Positions 1 to 10,642 are shown, counted from the first letter of the stretch. The stretch: 64,000 bases of DNA from an uncultured Planctomycetota bacterium (GCA_963841915.1 CAWJEN010000004.1:1-64000), one strand, 5' to 3'. Numbers and translations are program-made. Notes: generated from the sequence alone by a model not told the origin.

Positions 1-53
1 ACGCCCGCACGTCCCGCTTGAGCCTTGCCGGCTAGTCGGTTAAATCATCGGCA

Positions 54-1643
54 ATGCCCGAAACTCGCCCCAACCTGTTGCTGATCACGAGTGACCAGCA
101 ACGCTATCTCACACTGGGGGCGACGAATCCGAAGATCAAGACGCCGAACCTCGACCGACTCGCCGCCCGGGGCGTGCGGTTCGAGCGCGCGTACTGCCCG
201 AACCCGACCTGCACCCCGACTCGCGCAAGCATTTTGACAGGAGTGTGGCCCAGCGTCCACGGGGCCTACACACTGGGTACGGCCTTGCCGCGCCACATTC
301 CGACCGTAGGCGACCATCTTTTACAGGCCGGCTACAGCACATTCCTGGTCGGAAAAGCACATTTCGAACCTTTGGCGGAAACCGACGACGTCCCGAGCGA
401 GGAGTCCTATCCGCGGCTCCGCGACCTCGATTACTGGCGAACTTTCAACGGCGACAAGACGCCGTATTTCGGCTTCGACCACGTCGAACTCGCCCGCAAT
501 CACACCGATGAAGGGCACGTCGGCCAGCACTATGCGATCTGGCTCGAGGAGAAAGGTCTGGACAACTGGCGAGCCTACTTCCAGCCGCGGACCGACGGCG
601 TTCGAGACACGCCCGACGATGCAACACTGGCACCCCAGGTCGATCACCGTGGCGTCGGCTGGCGGAGCGACATGAGCTGGAAGCTGCCGGCCGAACTGCA
701 CTACACGACGTGGACCGCCGAGCGGACGAACGCGCTTATCGAGGAACGTGTGGCAGCAGGAACACCCTTCTTCTGCTGGAGCAGCTATCACGACCCGCAC
801 CCGCCTTACGCGGTGCCCGAGCCCTGGGCGTCGATGTACGACCCGGCCGATATGGAGGACCAGATCGGCCACTTCGTCGACGGTGAATTCGATGACATGC
901 CGCCGATCTACGCCATGACGCGGGACGACGACGCCGACTTCTCGTCATTCAACCCGGACGTTAAGGGGTCGCACGGCGTACACGCCCACTTTACCGGTAA
1001 AAGTGAGCTGAAACACGAAGATTTGCTCCGCGCCTGCGCCGCCTACTACGGCATGATCAGTTTCATGGACCACGCCATCGGCACCACGCTCGACACGCTG
1101 GACCGCCTGGGCCAGACTGACAACACGCTGATCGTCTTCACGACTGACCACGGTCACTTCCTCGGCCAGCACGGCCTCATCGCCAAGGGGCCTTTCCACT
1201 ACGAGGACCTCATCCGCGTCCCGATGATCGCCGCCTGGCCCGGCCACATACCCCAGGGCGAGGTGTCGCACGGGCTGCAGACGCTGGTCGACCTGCCGAG
1301 CACATTTCTCGCCGCCGCCGGTCAGCAAGTGCCGTTCAACATGCAGGGCCTCGACATGACGGACGCCTGGGCGAACCACACGGGTCGCGACTGGGTGATC
1401 GTCGAGAACCACCACAACGGCGATGCCGTCCACGTGCGGACGCTCGTAACCGACCGCTACAAGCTCAACCTCTGGCGAGGCCGCCCGACGTGGGGCGAAC
1501 TGTTCGATCTTCAGGGCGATCCGGGGGAACTGACGAACCTCTTCAACCGCGATCCGACGCTGCGGGCCGACATGATGCAGCAGTTCATGCAGGCCGAACT
1601 CGAGCGTGAGGCGACGTTGTGTCGGCGGATCTCGGGAGCCTGA
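54..1643 (+). CDS. Sulfatase (formylglycine-dependent, choline-sulfatase-like)
   Basis: N-terminal PNLLLITSDQ, CTPTR (CxPxR) signature, GKAH, TTDHG..G.HG..KG motifs. Confidence 0.9.
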   Translation: MPETRPNLLLITSDQQRYLTLGATNPKIKTPNLDRLAARGVRFERAYCPNPTCTPTRASILTGVWPSVHGAYTLGTALPRHIPTVGDHLLQAGYSTFLVGKAHFEPLAETDDVPSEESYPRLRDLDYWRTFNGDKTPYFGFDHVELARNHTDEGHVGQHYAIWLEEKGLDNWRAYFQPRTDGVRDTPDDATLAPQVDHRGVGWRSDMSWKLPAELHYTTWTAERTNALIEERVAAGTPFFCWSSYHDPHPPYAVPEPWASMYDPADMEDQIGHFVDGEFDDMPPIYAMTRDDDADFSSFNPDVKGSHGVHAHFTGKSELKHEDLLRACAAYYGMISFMDHAIGTTLDTLDRLGQTDNTLIVFTTDHGHFLGQHGLIAKGPFHYEDLIRVPMIAAWPGHIPQGEVSHGLQTLVDLPSTFLAAAGQQVPFNMQGLDMTDAWANHTGRDWVIVENHHNGDAVHVRTLVTDRYKLNLWRGRPTWGELFDLQGDPGELTNLFNRDPTLRADMMQQFMQAELEREATLCRRISGA

Positions 1644-1720
1644 CGCAGCCGCCGTCTGCCGCCGTCAGGCAGAACTTGGCCGTATGTTGCCTTGCCACCC
1701 ACACGCCCGATAATCAGGTT

Positions 1721-2728
1721 GTGGACGACGATGCACTACACGCTTTTGCCGCCGAGGTGGTAGGGGCCGAGGCCGACGCGGTTCGTGCCATGGAGGCGGT
1801 GGTGCGTGAGGCGAGCTTTGCCGACGCGGCCAGACGGATCCGGGCTTGCCGCGGCGCGGTCGTCACGACCGGCGTCGGCAAGGCAGGCCACGTCGCCCGC
1901 AAAGTCTCGGCCACCCTCGCCAGCGTCGGAACGCCCAGCCATTTCCTGTCGCCCGGTGACGCCCTTCACGGCGATCTTGGCAGCGTCCGAGACGACGACT
2001 TGCTCCTGTCGTTCAGCGCGTCAGGCGAGACCGAAGAGCTCGTTCGCGTACAAGGCGTCGTCCGCCGCATGGGGCTCGCGACCCTTGCCATTTGTGCCGG
2101 TCGCGAGTCGTCGCTGGGCCGAGATGCCGACGTTGTGCTGGCGATGGGCAAGGTGATCGAGGCGTGCCCGCTCAAGCTCGCACCTTCGTGCTCGACGACG
2201 GCCATGCTTGCCCTTGGCGATGCGCTTGCCCTGACCGTCATGCGACTGCGCAAGTTCACTGCAAGCGACTTTGCCCGCTACCACCCGGCCGGTCAGCTCG
2301 GTCGCAAGCTCATGCGGGTCGACGAGGCGATGACCTTCCGCCAGGGCGAGAACCTGCCGCTGGCCGACGCGTCTCAAACAGTGGGCGACGTCCTGCGTGA
2401 GGTGAGCAAGATCGCCCGCCGGCCGGGGGCCATCCTCGTGACGGGCGGTGACGGCAGATTGGTCGGCATCTTCTCCGACGGCGACCTGCGACGGCTCATC
2501 GTCAGCGACGCCGCCGGTGCCTTGAATCGTCGCGTCGCCGACGTGATGACGACGTCACCCAAGCGGATCCGCCACGACGCCCTGGCCGCAGACGCGATGG
2601 CGATCATGCGGCAGTACCGTGTCGACGAGCTACCGGCTGTCGATGCCGACGACCGCCCGGTGGGCCTGATCGACGTGCAGGATCTGGTTGTGCTGAAGCT
2701 GTTCGACACCGACTCGCCCACCTCGTGA
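1721..2728 (+). CDS. kdsD: KpsF/GutQ family arabinose-5-phosphate isomerase (SIS + 2 CBS)
   Basis: TGVGKAGHVARK..ATLAS.GTP, HGDLG, S.SGET.E, APSCSTT, HPAG.LG, CBS pair. GTG start at 1721 is a guess (ORF open from 1619). Confidence 0.9.
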   Translation: MDDDALHAFAAEVVGAEADAVRAMEAVVREASFADAARRIRACRGAVVTTGVGKAGHVARKVSATLASVGTPSHFLSPGDALHGDLGSVRDDDLLLSFSASGETEELVRVQGVVRRMGLATLAICAGRESSLGRDADVVLAMGKVIEACPLKLAPSCSTTAMLALGDALALTVMRLRKFTASDFARYHPAGQLGRKLMRVDEAMTFRQGENLPLADASQTVGDVLREVSKIARRPGAILVTGGDGRLVGIFSDGDLRRLIVSDAAGALNRRVADVMTTSPKRIRHDALAADAMAIMRQYRVDELPAVDADDRPVGLIDVQDLVVLKLFDTDSPTS

Positions 2729-5640
2729 ACCCACGCGCCTTCCTTCGTCCGATCCTGGTCCTCGCCGGCGCTGCCGCGGCATTTGGCGGTGCGTACCTGC
2801 TGACGGCCGTGGTGCTACCCGACCCGCCGTTGGCCCGCGAAGAAGCTCGCGACCTCAGCAACCTGCCGCTACCCGAGGTGGGTGATGACGGCGACGGCAT
2901 CGGTCCGAGCGAAGGCATCAGCTTCCAGGTGTTTGATCCCGACACCGGCCTGCCCGTCGCCAAGGTCAGCATCGGCAGTTACAGGCGGACGGGCGACACG
3001 ACGGTTTCGCTGGGCGATGTGCGGGTCAGTGCTGCCGTTCAAGGTGGGGCGGCGGTGCTGATTGAGAGTCCGGGCGGGACGGTTCGCGTCGCGCCACCGG
3101 TGATCGGGCGCGTGGCCCAGGTAGACGCCGAAGCCCTCGCCGCCGCCGACCGTGCGCGACTGAGCAACGTGTCGCTGAAGTGGTTCAGCGCTGCCGGCGA
3201 CTTCGGCGCAGGCCGTGCCGCGACGTACACCGCCAGCGTTGACAACGTCGTCTTCGACGCGTCTCGTCTGACGCTGGAAACGGGTGAGACGACCATCGAC
3301 GGCCGCGTGGTGCTGGGCGACGACGTGCCAGTGACCATCCGCGGCAGCGATGCCGACTTCGACGGCTTCGGCCTACGTGTCGCCTGGGATGCAGAGGCCC
3401 AGCGGCCGCAGCTCGTTCGCGTCGCCCGAGCGGGCCGTCTGACGCTCAAGCAGCGGCCCGACTTCCTTCCGCAAGCCCTAGACGCCAGCACCACGATCGA
3501 GACGCAGCACGCAGTTGTCCAAGGCCTCGACGGGTTCCCTTCGAGACAAAGCTACTCAAGCGGATTTGCCCAGAGCCCGAGAAGCGTCGGCTTGCCCATC
3601 GCTCAAGCGACGAACGAGCTTCCCAAAGAAGCCGCTCCGCGACCCTCCAATGAAGAAGTCGTCCCGTACGTCCTGACGCTCGAAGGCACCACCAAGGCAA
3701 TGCAGGGTGACGTGACGCTGCTGGAAGCAGCTGTTGTGCGGGCGTTGCTTCCGATGCAGTCAGGCTCGTCGCCGAAGGCGCAAGAAGCCGTTCCGCCGTC
3801 GGAAGCCTCGGGTGCGAATAAGAAGAAGCCGACGAGCAAAAAGAAGCCGAGCGCCTCGAAGCCGAGCGAACCTACGCCGGCAGTTTTTGATCCCATCATC
3901 GTGACGTGGCCCGGTGCGTTCGAGCTGCGGGTCGAGCCTGAGGCGACGCTGCGCGGGCCTGACGATGCGCACGTGTTTCTGCAGGGTGATGACGCGGCTC
4001 CGATGCGGGCGCAGCTCGACGGCGTCTCCATCGAGGCGGCACGTGTCGACTATCGAAAGCTTGACGACCTGCTCACGCTCGAAGGCGATGCAGGTGACGT
4101 CATCATCCGTGACCAAGACGGCAGCGTCATCCGCGGGCCACGGCTTGTGGCAGAACCCGACGGCGGCGTGGCGACGGTGCTCGGTGCCGGCTCGGCAGAC
4201 ATCGTCGCCGGTGAAGGCCGGTCCTCTGCGCTGACCTGGGCCGACGCGTGCAAGCTCAGCTTCGATGTCAGGGGCGACGAACGCGTGCTGCGCTACATCG
4301 ATGCCAGTGGCCAGGTCAGTGTCGTCAGCGACGAGCTGAATCTCCAGACGAAGTCGCTCGGCCTGACGCTGAAGGAGATTGACGGCGAGACGACGCTTGT
4401 CTCGGCCACGGCTGACGGTGACGTCATCGCGACCTTGCCGACGGAAGACGGCGACACGTCGACGGTTGAGGCAGGCCGGCTGTTCGTAGACACGCCGCAA
4501 GGGCCTCAGGGACCGACCACCATCATTGCGGACGGTGGTGTGCGGACCGAGCGGGCCGACGGCGTGCTCAGCGGTGACAAGCTCGTCGCCACCCTGGCTG
4601 ACACCGACAACGGCACGACGCTGCAGGATCTTCGCGTGACGGGCCATGTCGTCCTGGCCGACGCGGAAGGTCGCGTGCTGCGGGGCGACTCAGCCACCGT
4701 CAGCGGCGAAGACGAACCTGTCGTCGTGACGAGCGATGCAAGCGACGGCACGACCATCGTGTCGAGCCTCGAAGATGGTCAGGAGGCGACGCTTCGGACG
4801 CAGACGGTTGTGCTCGATCCGGGCGACGAGTCGATTGGGGTGCCAACACCCGGCACGGCTGTCGCGGCGTCTGCAGCGGGGCCACGCACCTTGTCGTGGA
4901 CCGGAAGCTTGGCGGCGACGAAGCGCCGCATGGACGCGATCGGCGGTGTCGTCATCAACGGGTCAGGCGACGACGACACGACCGCGACCATCTCGACCGG
5001 TAGGGCGACGCTGCTGCTCGACGACAACGACGAGCCGACCAGCGTGGCCGCCAGTGACGGCGTGGCGTTGACCGTTCGGCAAGTCGATCCGACCACCGCC
5101 GCGACGCTGCTGAGCTTCGACCTGCGGGCCGACAAGCTGTCGGCCGATCCTGGCTCGGGTGGCGTCACGGTGCCGGTGCCGGGGCGACTGCTTGTGCAGG
5201 ATCTACGGCAGGGCGACGACACCTTTACCGGCAAAACCGCGATGCGGTGGCAGACGTCGCTCGTCTACGACCCGGCCGACCAGCAGGTGACACTTCGCGG
5301 TGACGTGCTGGCGGTGGTCGAGAGCGACAAGGCACCGCCGTTCGACCTTGTGGCCGACGTCATGACCGCGCGGGTCAGCGGCACGGACGACAACACGCCG
5401 GAACTGACCAGCCTTTCGGCAGAGGGCAAGGTGCGACTGGAGACCAGCGGCACCAGAGTCGAGGCCGACGCGGCCGAATACGACGTCAAAATCGGCACCG
5501 CCACGCTGAGCGGCATCGACGGCCGATCCGTCAAACTTTTCGATGCGGACGGTCGGCCCGTGGGGCAATTTGCCCAAGTCATCTACGACGTGCAGCAGGG
5601 GCGAATCGTGCGGATGACCGACCTGCGCGCGGGCGGTTGA
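2725..5640 (+). CDS. Large membrane-anchored beta-rich protein, putative LptC/LptA(OstA)-like LPS transport protein
   Basis: N-terminal TM helix, repeated 'A.G.V' beta-jellyroll-like motifs (ASGQV, ADGDV, ADGGV, AEGKV), overlaps kdsD stop as in kdsD-lpt clusters. Confidence 0.5.
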   Translation: MNPRAFLRPILVLAGAAAAFGGAYLLTAVVLPDPPLAREEARDLSNLPLPEVGDDGDGIGPSEGISFQVFDPDTGLPVAKVSIGSYRRTGDTTVSLGDVRVSAAVQGGAAVLIESPGGTVRVAPPVIGRVAQVDAEALAAADRARLSNVSLKWFSAAGDFGAGRAATYTASVDNVVFDASRLTLETGETTIDGRVVLGDDVPVTIRGSDADFDGFGLRVAWDAEAQRPQLVRVARAGRLTLKQRPDFLPQALDASTTIETQHAVVQGLDGFPSRQSYSSGFAQSPRSVGLPIAQATNELPKEAAPRPSNEEVVPYVLTLEGTTKAMQGDVTLLEAAVVRALLPMQSGSSPKAQEAVPPSEASGANKKKPTSKKKPSASKPSEPTPAVFDPIIVTWPGAFELRVEPEATLRGPDDAHVFLQGDDAAPMRAQLDGVSIEAARVDYRKLDDLLTLEGDAGDVIIRDQDGSVIRGPRLVAEPDGGVATVLGAGSADIVAGEGRSSALTWADACKLSFDVRGDERVLRYIDASGQVSVVSDELNLQTKSLGLTLKEIDGETTLVSATADGDVIATLPTEDGDTSTVEAGRLFVDTPQGPQGPTTIIADGGVRTERADGVLSGDKLVATLADTDNGTTLQDLRVTGHVVLADAEGRVLRGDSATVSGEDEPVVVTSDASDGTTIVSSLEDGQEATLRTQTVVLDPGDESIGVPTPGTAVAASAAGPRTLSWTGSLAATKRRMDAIGGVVINGSGDDDTTATISTGRATLLLDDNDEPTSVAASDGVALTVRQVDPTTAATLLSFDLRADKLSADPGSGGVTVPVPGRLLVQDLRQGDDTFTGKTAMRWQTSLVYDPADQQVTLRGDVLAVVESDKAPPFDLVADVMTARVSGTDDNTPELTSLSAEGKVRLETSGTRVEADAAEYDVKIGTATLSGIDGRSVKLFDADGRPVGQFAQVIYDVQQGRIVRMTDLRAGG

Positions 5641-5688
5641 GCGGCGCGTGGAACTTGCCCAACTTGTCGAGCCGCCTACAACCGATCC

Positions 5689-8226
5689 ATGGCCGCATCC
5701 GCCGGTAACGGCACCAAGAGCACGAAGAGAGACCTGGTCATCGTCGAATCGCCCGCGAAGGCCAAGACGATCAACCAGTACCTCGGGCCCAACTTCGTCG
5801 TCAAGGCGAGCGTCGGCCACGTCCGCGATCTGCCCCGCAAAGGCATGGGCGTGGATCTCGAGACGTTCATCCCCGACTACGAGATCATCGAAGGCAAGGG
5901 CAAGGTCATCACCGAGCTCAAGCGGCTGGCCAAGGACGCAGAGACCGTCTGGCTCGCGACCGACCTCGACCGCGAAGGGGAGGCCATCGCGTGGCACATT
6001 AAGGAAGCGCTGAAGCTCAAGGACGACCGCGTGAAGCGCGTCGTCTTCAACGCCATCACGAAGCAGGAGATCGATAAGGCCTTTGCATCGCCGGGGACGC
6101 TGAACATTGATCGCGTTAACGCTCAGCAGGCGCGGCGCATCCTCGACCGCGTCGTCGGGTTTGAAATTTCGCCGGTTTTGTGGCGAAAGGTTGCCCGCGG
6201 GCTCAGTGCCGGCCGGGTGCAGAGTGTGACGGTGCGGCTCGTGGTCGATCGAGAGCGAGAGATCGAAGCGTTCGCGCCCGACGAATATTGGAAGATCGGC
6301 GGCATCTTCACGCCCGACGCGCAGCCGCAGCTTCGCGAGACGTGGCGTGCCTTCCTCAAGAGCGGCGAAGAAGGCAGCGAGCCAAGCAAGAAAGACCAGA
6401 CGGCGTGGCTGGGCGACAACGGTGCATTTGCGGCCGACCTTGTCGAGTGGAACGGCTCCAAGCTTGAGCCGGTTGATGCCGACGCCGCTGCGGAGGCGGC
6501 CAGGCACCTCGGCCTCGATGTCGGCGAGATCCGGACCACCGACAACCCCGACGGCAAAGGGCCGCAAAAGACGCTCAAGACGATCATCGGGCGACTCGGT
6601 GAGTCGCCTGACTACAGCGTCGACAAGATCGAGCGCAAGCGGACCCGCAGCCGACCGCCCGCGCCGTTCATCACCAGCACACTCCAGCAGGCAGCAAGCA
6701 GCCGCCTGAGCTTCGGGGCCAGCCGCACCATGCGGGTCGCCCAGACGCTCTATGAAGGCGGTCACATCACGTACATGCGGACCGACAGCACCAACCTGTC
6801 GGGTGACGCGGTCAAGATGGCCCGGACGTACATCGACAGCCACTTCGGCGAGCGGTACCTGCCCGAGAAGCCCAACGTCTACGCCAGCCGCAACAAAAGC
6901 GCGCAAGAGGCACACGAAGCCATCCGCCCGACCGATGTCGTCGCAGAGCCCGAGCGGCTGGGCGGCAAGATCGGGCCCGACGAGGTCAAGCTCTACAAGC
7001 TCATCTACGAGCGGTTCCTCGCCTGCCAGATGACGCCGGCCGAGTTCGACCAGACGGCCATCACCATCAAGGCCGACACGCCTGGTGGTCGGGCACTGTT
7101 CCGCGCGACCGGTCGCAAGCTTGTCTTCGACGGCTTCATGCGCGTCAGCGGCGTGACGAGCGGCGACCAGCTTTTGCCCGACCTCGACGAAGGACGCGAC
7201 GTCTTTCCCGTCGACGTGCGGCCCAGCCAGCACTTCACGAGTCCGCCACCGCGATTTACGGAGGCGTCACTCGTCAAGGAACTCGAGTCACTCGGCATCG
7301 GGCGGCCGTCGACATATGCGTCGATCATCGACACGATCCAAAAGCGCGAGTACGTCCTGCAGCAGAACCGCGCGTTCTACGCCACGCTGCTCGGGAAGGT
7401 CGTCACGGATAAGCTCATCCAGGCCTTCCCGGACATCCTCGATGTCGGTTTCACAGCAGGCATGGAGGACAAGCTCGACGGCATCGAGGACCACAAAACC
7501 GACTGGATCGCACTGCTCAAGGAGTTCTACGAGCCCTTCCACGCAGGCATCGGAGAGGCCCTCGAAAAGCTTGACCACGCCGGTGGCATGGCCTCGCCTT
7601 ACACTGACGAAGAGACGGGCGCCAAGCTCGTCTATCGCATCGGCAAGAATGGTTTCTTCCTGGCGGCTGAGGATCGGGAGATCAAGGTCACCAAGCCTGT
7701 CGACGCGTTTGGCGTGCCGACGCTCCGAGAGGAAAGCGAGTTCAGTTGTCCCAAGTCGGGCGACCCGATGATCAAGCGGAAGGGCCGATTCGGCTCGTTT
7801 CTCGGTTGCAGCGGCTACCCGGACTGTCAGCTCATCGTCCCGCTGGACAAGAACGATGAACCGCTTCCGCCCAAGATCGACCCGGTCGAGACGACGGTGC
7901 CCTGCGAAAAGTGCGGCAAGACGATGCTGCTTCGCGACTCGAAGCGTGGGCCGTTCCTCGGCTGCTCGTCGTTTCCAAAGTGCCGCAGCACGAAGATGGT
8001 CAAGAAGCTGCCACCTGATCAGCTCGAGTACCTCAACAGCTTGCTGCCCGAGCTTCGCCGGCGGGTGGAGGAGAGTCATCACCTCGTCGCCAAGATGACG
8101 GGCAAGCCGGCCGACGGCTTTGGCCCGCTGCCGGTCGATCACGTCGAGGCCGAGCCCGACAAGCCGAAGAAGGCCAAGAAGACTGTCAAAAAGGCCGCGA
8201 AGAAGACGGCAACAAAGCCCGCGTAA
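5689..8226 (+). CDS. topA: DNA topoisomerase I
   Basis: LVIVESPAKAKTI, ATDLDREGEAIAWH, SAGRVQS, ITYMRTDS (catalytic Tyr), AQEAHEAIRPT, C-terminal Zn ribbons, Lys-rich tail. Confidence 0.97.
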   Translation: MAASAGNGTKSTKRDLVIVESPAKAKTINQYLGPNFVVKASVGHVRDLPRKGMGVDLETFIPDYEIIEGKGKVITELKRLAKDAETVWLATDLDREGEAIAWHIKEALKLKDDRVKRVVFNAITKQEIDKAFASPGTLNIDRVNAQQARRILDRVVGFEISPVLWRKVARGLSAGRVQSVTVRLVVDREREIEAFAPDEYWKIGGIFTPDAQPQLRETWRAFLKSGEEGSEPSKKDQTAWLGDNGAFAADLVEWNGSKLEPVDADAAAEAARHLGLDVGEIRTTDNPDGKGPQKTLKTIIGRLGESPDYSVDKIERKRTRSRPPAPFITSTLQQAASSRLSFGASRTMRVAQTLYEGGHITYMRTDSTNLSGDAVKMARTYIDSHFGERYLPEKPNVYASRNKSAQEAHEAIRPTDVVAEPERLGGKIGPDEVKLYKLIYERFLACQMTPAEFDQTAITIKADTPGGRALFRATGRKLVFDGFMRVSGVTSGDQLLPDLDEGRDVFPVDVRPSQHFTSPPPRFTEASLVKELESLGIGRPSTYASIIDTIQKREYVLQQNRAFYATLLGKVVTDKLIQAFPDILDVGFTAGMEDKLDGIEDHKTDWIALLKEFYEPFHAGIGEALEKLDHAGGMASPYTDEETGAKLVYRIGKNGFFLAAEDREIKVTKPVDAFGVPTLREESEFSCPKSGDPMIKRKGRFGSFLGCSGYPDCQLIVPLDKNDEPLPPKIDPVETTVPCEKCGKTMLLRDSKRGPFLGCSSFPKCRSTKMVKKLPPDQLEYLNSLLPELRRRVEESHHLVAKMTGKPADGFGPLPVDHVEAEPDKPKKAKKTVKKAAKKTATKPA

Positions 8227-8238
8227 CGTTGTCCCACG

Positions 8239-8505
8239 ATGCCTGACGAGTCAGACGAACCCCGCGGCGTCAACGGCTTGGCTGTCATCATCGTCCTCAT
8301 GGTCGGGGCCGCCGTGTTGACCGTCATCGGCTTCGTCGTCATCCAACCGCCCGACAACTTCGAGCCCGCGCCCGCCAGTCAGCGGCCGTTCGGGCCGGCG
8401 TCGCAGGAGGACTACGACCGTCGCCCGCTGATCGACAAGGGCATCGACGCCAAGCGCAATCGGCAACTCAACGCCAACCGCCTCGGGGAGCCGATTGAGG
8501 AGTGA
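8239..8505 (+). CDS. Small hypothetical membrane protein
   Basis: One TM helix, host-like codon usage, fills the gap between topA and the next gene. Confidence 0.6.
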   Translation: MPDESDEPRGVNGLAVIIVLMVGAAVLTVIGFVVIQPPDNFEPAPASQRPFGPASQEDYDRRPLIDKGIDAKRNRQLNANRLGEPIEE

Positions 8506-9367
8506 GCCTGCGTCCATCTCGTTGACCTTCCTGGGCACGGGCACCAGCGCCGGCATCCCGATGATCGGCTGCCATTGTGCCGTCTGCCGAAGCGACGACC
8601 CGCGCGACAAACGAACCCGCTGCAGCGTCGTCATCCGTCACGCAGGCATAAGCGTGCTCGTTGACACGACTCCTGAACTTCGGTTGCAGTGCGTTGCCAA
8701 CGGCATCGACAGCGTCGACGCCGTTGTCTTCACGCACGGCCATGCCGACCATGTCTGCGGCCTCGACGACTGCCGCCGATTCAACGCCATCCGCGGCGGC
8801 CCGCTCGACGTGTGGGCCGATCAGGCGACGCACGCGTCGCTCGGCAGCATGTTCCCCTATGCCTTTACGAAACCGGGCGACGGAGAGTTGAGGCTGTTTC
8901 GGCCGGCTCTTGTGCCTCGGCTCATCGATGGCCCGTTCCACATCGGGCAGATGACGTGGACGCCGGTCCGCTACCCGCACAGCAATGTTCCTGCACTCGG
9001 CTTTCGCGTCAGCGTCGGCGACGGTCGCGACATCGCATACTGCACCGACTGCAACGCCGTCCCCGCCGAGGCTCGCGAGCTGCTGCGTGGCCTCGACACG
9101 CTCGTCATCGACGCGCTGCAGCCGCGGAAGCATCCGACGCACCTGACGATCGAGGAGGCGCTCGAAGTCGTCGCCGACCTGCAGCCGCGGCAGACGTTCT
9201 TCACGCACATGAGCCACGAGGTCTGCCACGCGATTGAAGAGGCGAAGCTGCCGCCGAACGTTAGGTTCGCCTACGACGGCTTAAGGACTGACGAGGTCCG
9301 TGAAACGGCGTCTCATGACGCTGATCGTTGCTTCCACGGTCGCGGCCGTCGCGCCGCGCGAGGATAA
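8495..9367 (+). CDS. MBL-fold metallo-hydrolase, PhnP family
   Basis: FLGTGTSAGIP.IGC.C.VC.S, THGHADH..GLDD, Y.TD, HPTH, THMSH, AYDGL. Confidence 0.9.
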   Translation: MRSEPASISLTFLGTGTSAGIPMIGCHCAVCRSDDPRDKRTRCSVVIRHAGISVLVDTTPELRLQCVANGIDSVDAVVFTHGHADHVCGLDDCRRFNAIRGGPLDVWADQATHASLGSMFPYAFTKPGDGELRLFRPALVPRLIDGPFHIGQMTWTPVRYPHSNVPALGFRVSVGDGRDIAYCTDCNAVPAEARELLRGLDTLVIDALQPRKHPTHLTIEEALEVVADLQPRQTFFTHMSHEVCHAIEEAKLPPNVRFAYDGLRTDEVRETASHDADRCFHGRGRRAARG

Positions 9368-10642
9368 GACGGCGTCTCGTCCCGCGTCACCAGCGTGCCC
9401 GGCGGCTTCTCGATCTTGCAGCCAGCGAGTCACTGCATCTGTCAACGTCGCGAGATCGTTCGCCACACGCGTCGCACCGGCCGAGGCAAGGACGGCGGCG
9501 GGCTCGGCAAAATTCGTCATGAACGGCCCGTGGACGACCGGCTTGCCGAGACCGGCCGGCTCGATGAGGTCGCTGCCGTGCTGCCGCGGTCCGAGGTCGA
9601 CCAGTGATCGCCCGACCACAGCCACGTCGGCCATCGACCACGCCTGGCGAAGCTCGCCCAGGGTATCGATCAGGACGATGCCGTAGGCAGCAACGGCACC
9701 GGTCGATCGCCGAGTGAGTGGGAAGCGCTGTGCAAGGAGCGCCGCCACTTCATCAAAACGCGGCGGATGACGCGGCACGATGACGAGTCGCACAGCCGGC
9801 ACCCGCTCACGCCACGCGGCATACGCCTCGAGCAATATCGCCTCCTCACCCGGTCCGGTGCTGCCCGCAACGATGACGGGCTCGGTGCCGCCGAACGCGC
9901 GAGGCGAAAGGCTGACCGCCGCGGCGAGATCGAGGTCGCCATCGACACGCTCTGCCGTCGTGGCGGCGTCGAACTTCATCGACCCGACGACCTCCACCCG
10001 ATCGCTCGCCACGCCAAGCCGCCGGAAGCGGTCGGCGTACGTCTCCTCCTGTGCCAACACCCGGGCGACGCGTCCGAATGTCCGCCGCAACAGCGGACCG
10101 GCCTTGCGGTAGCCGTCGAAGCTTTTGACTGTGATTCTGCCGTTGGCGACAATTAGCGGAATGTCTCGCTTCACGCATGCCAGTGCCACATTGGGCCACA
10201 CTTCAAGCTCCATCATCACCGCAACCTGCGGCTGAATGTGGTCGAAGAAGCGGCTGACCGCAGCCGACGTGTCGATCGGAAACCGCGTCGCAAAGACGTC
10301 GGCCGACGCATCGTCGCCGAAGAGCGAAACGGCTCGCGCGTAGCCGGTGGCCGTCGTCGCAGCGACCGCGACGACAACCTGCGGCATGGCGTGGCGAAGC
10401 TGTTCGACGAGCGGGCGGGCGGCGTTGGTTTCGCCGACACTGACGCCGTGGATGAGGACGCACGGGCGATCGTCTGGACGGGATTCGACCTCACCTTGCC
10501 GTTCTCGCCACGCCTGGACGAGCTTGCCACGCAGCTTCGGTGTCGCCAGCAGCAGCGGCGAGGCCAATGTCACGCCGGCGGCGTAAGCGAGGTCGTAGCG
10601 GGTCGGCAGCGGCAAGGGCGTGTAGGATAGTGGACGTTGCAT
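9281..10642 (-). CDS. waaA: 3-deoxy-D-manno-octulosonic acid (Kdo) transferase
   Basis: HGVSVGE, TTATG, P.D, ELEVWPN, GSMKFD, AGST, IVPRHPPRF, DTLGEL; start codon uncertain. Confidence 0.92.
   Translation of the reverse strand: MQRPLSYTPLPLPTRYDLAYAAGVTLASPLLLATPKLRGKLVQAWRERQGEVESRPDDRPCVLIHGVSVGETNAARPLVEQLRHAMPQVVVAVAATTATGYARAVSLFGDDASADVFATRFPIDTSAAVSRFFDHIQPQVAVMMELEVWPNVALACVKRDIPLIVANGRITVKSFDGYRKAGPLLRRTFGRVARVLAQEETYADRFRRLGVASDRVEVVGSMKFDAATTAERVDGDLDLAAAVSLSPRAFGGTEPVIVAGSTGPGEEAILLEAYAAWRERVPAVRLVIVPRHPPRFDEVAALLAQRFPLTRRSTGAVAAYGIVLIDTLGELRQAWSMADVAVVGRSLVDLGPRQHGSDLIEPAGLGKPVVHGPFMTNFAEPAAVLASAGATRVANDLATLTDAVTRWLQDREAAGHAGDAGRDAVLSSRGATAATVEATISVMRRRFTDLVSP

Noticed and set aside
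5203..7233. 676-aa antisense ORF (likewise 23013-24722, 27123-28835, 54163-55380, 56678-57799)
   Set aside because: Shadow ORFs opposite well-supported genes, expected from high-GC codon bias.
9281..9367. Convergent gene overlaps (PhnP-like/waaA, GT-C/nth)
   Set aside because: Short 3' overlaps are common in high-GC genomes with few stop codons.
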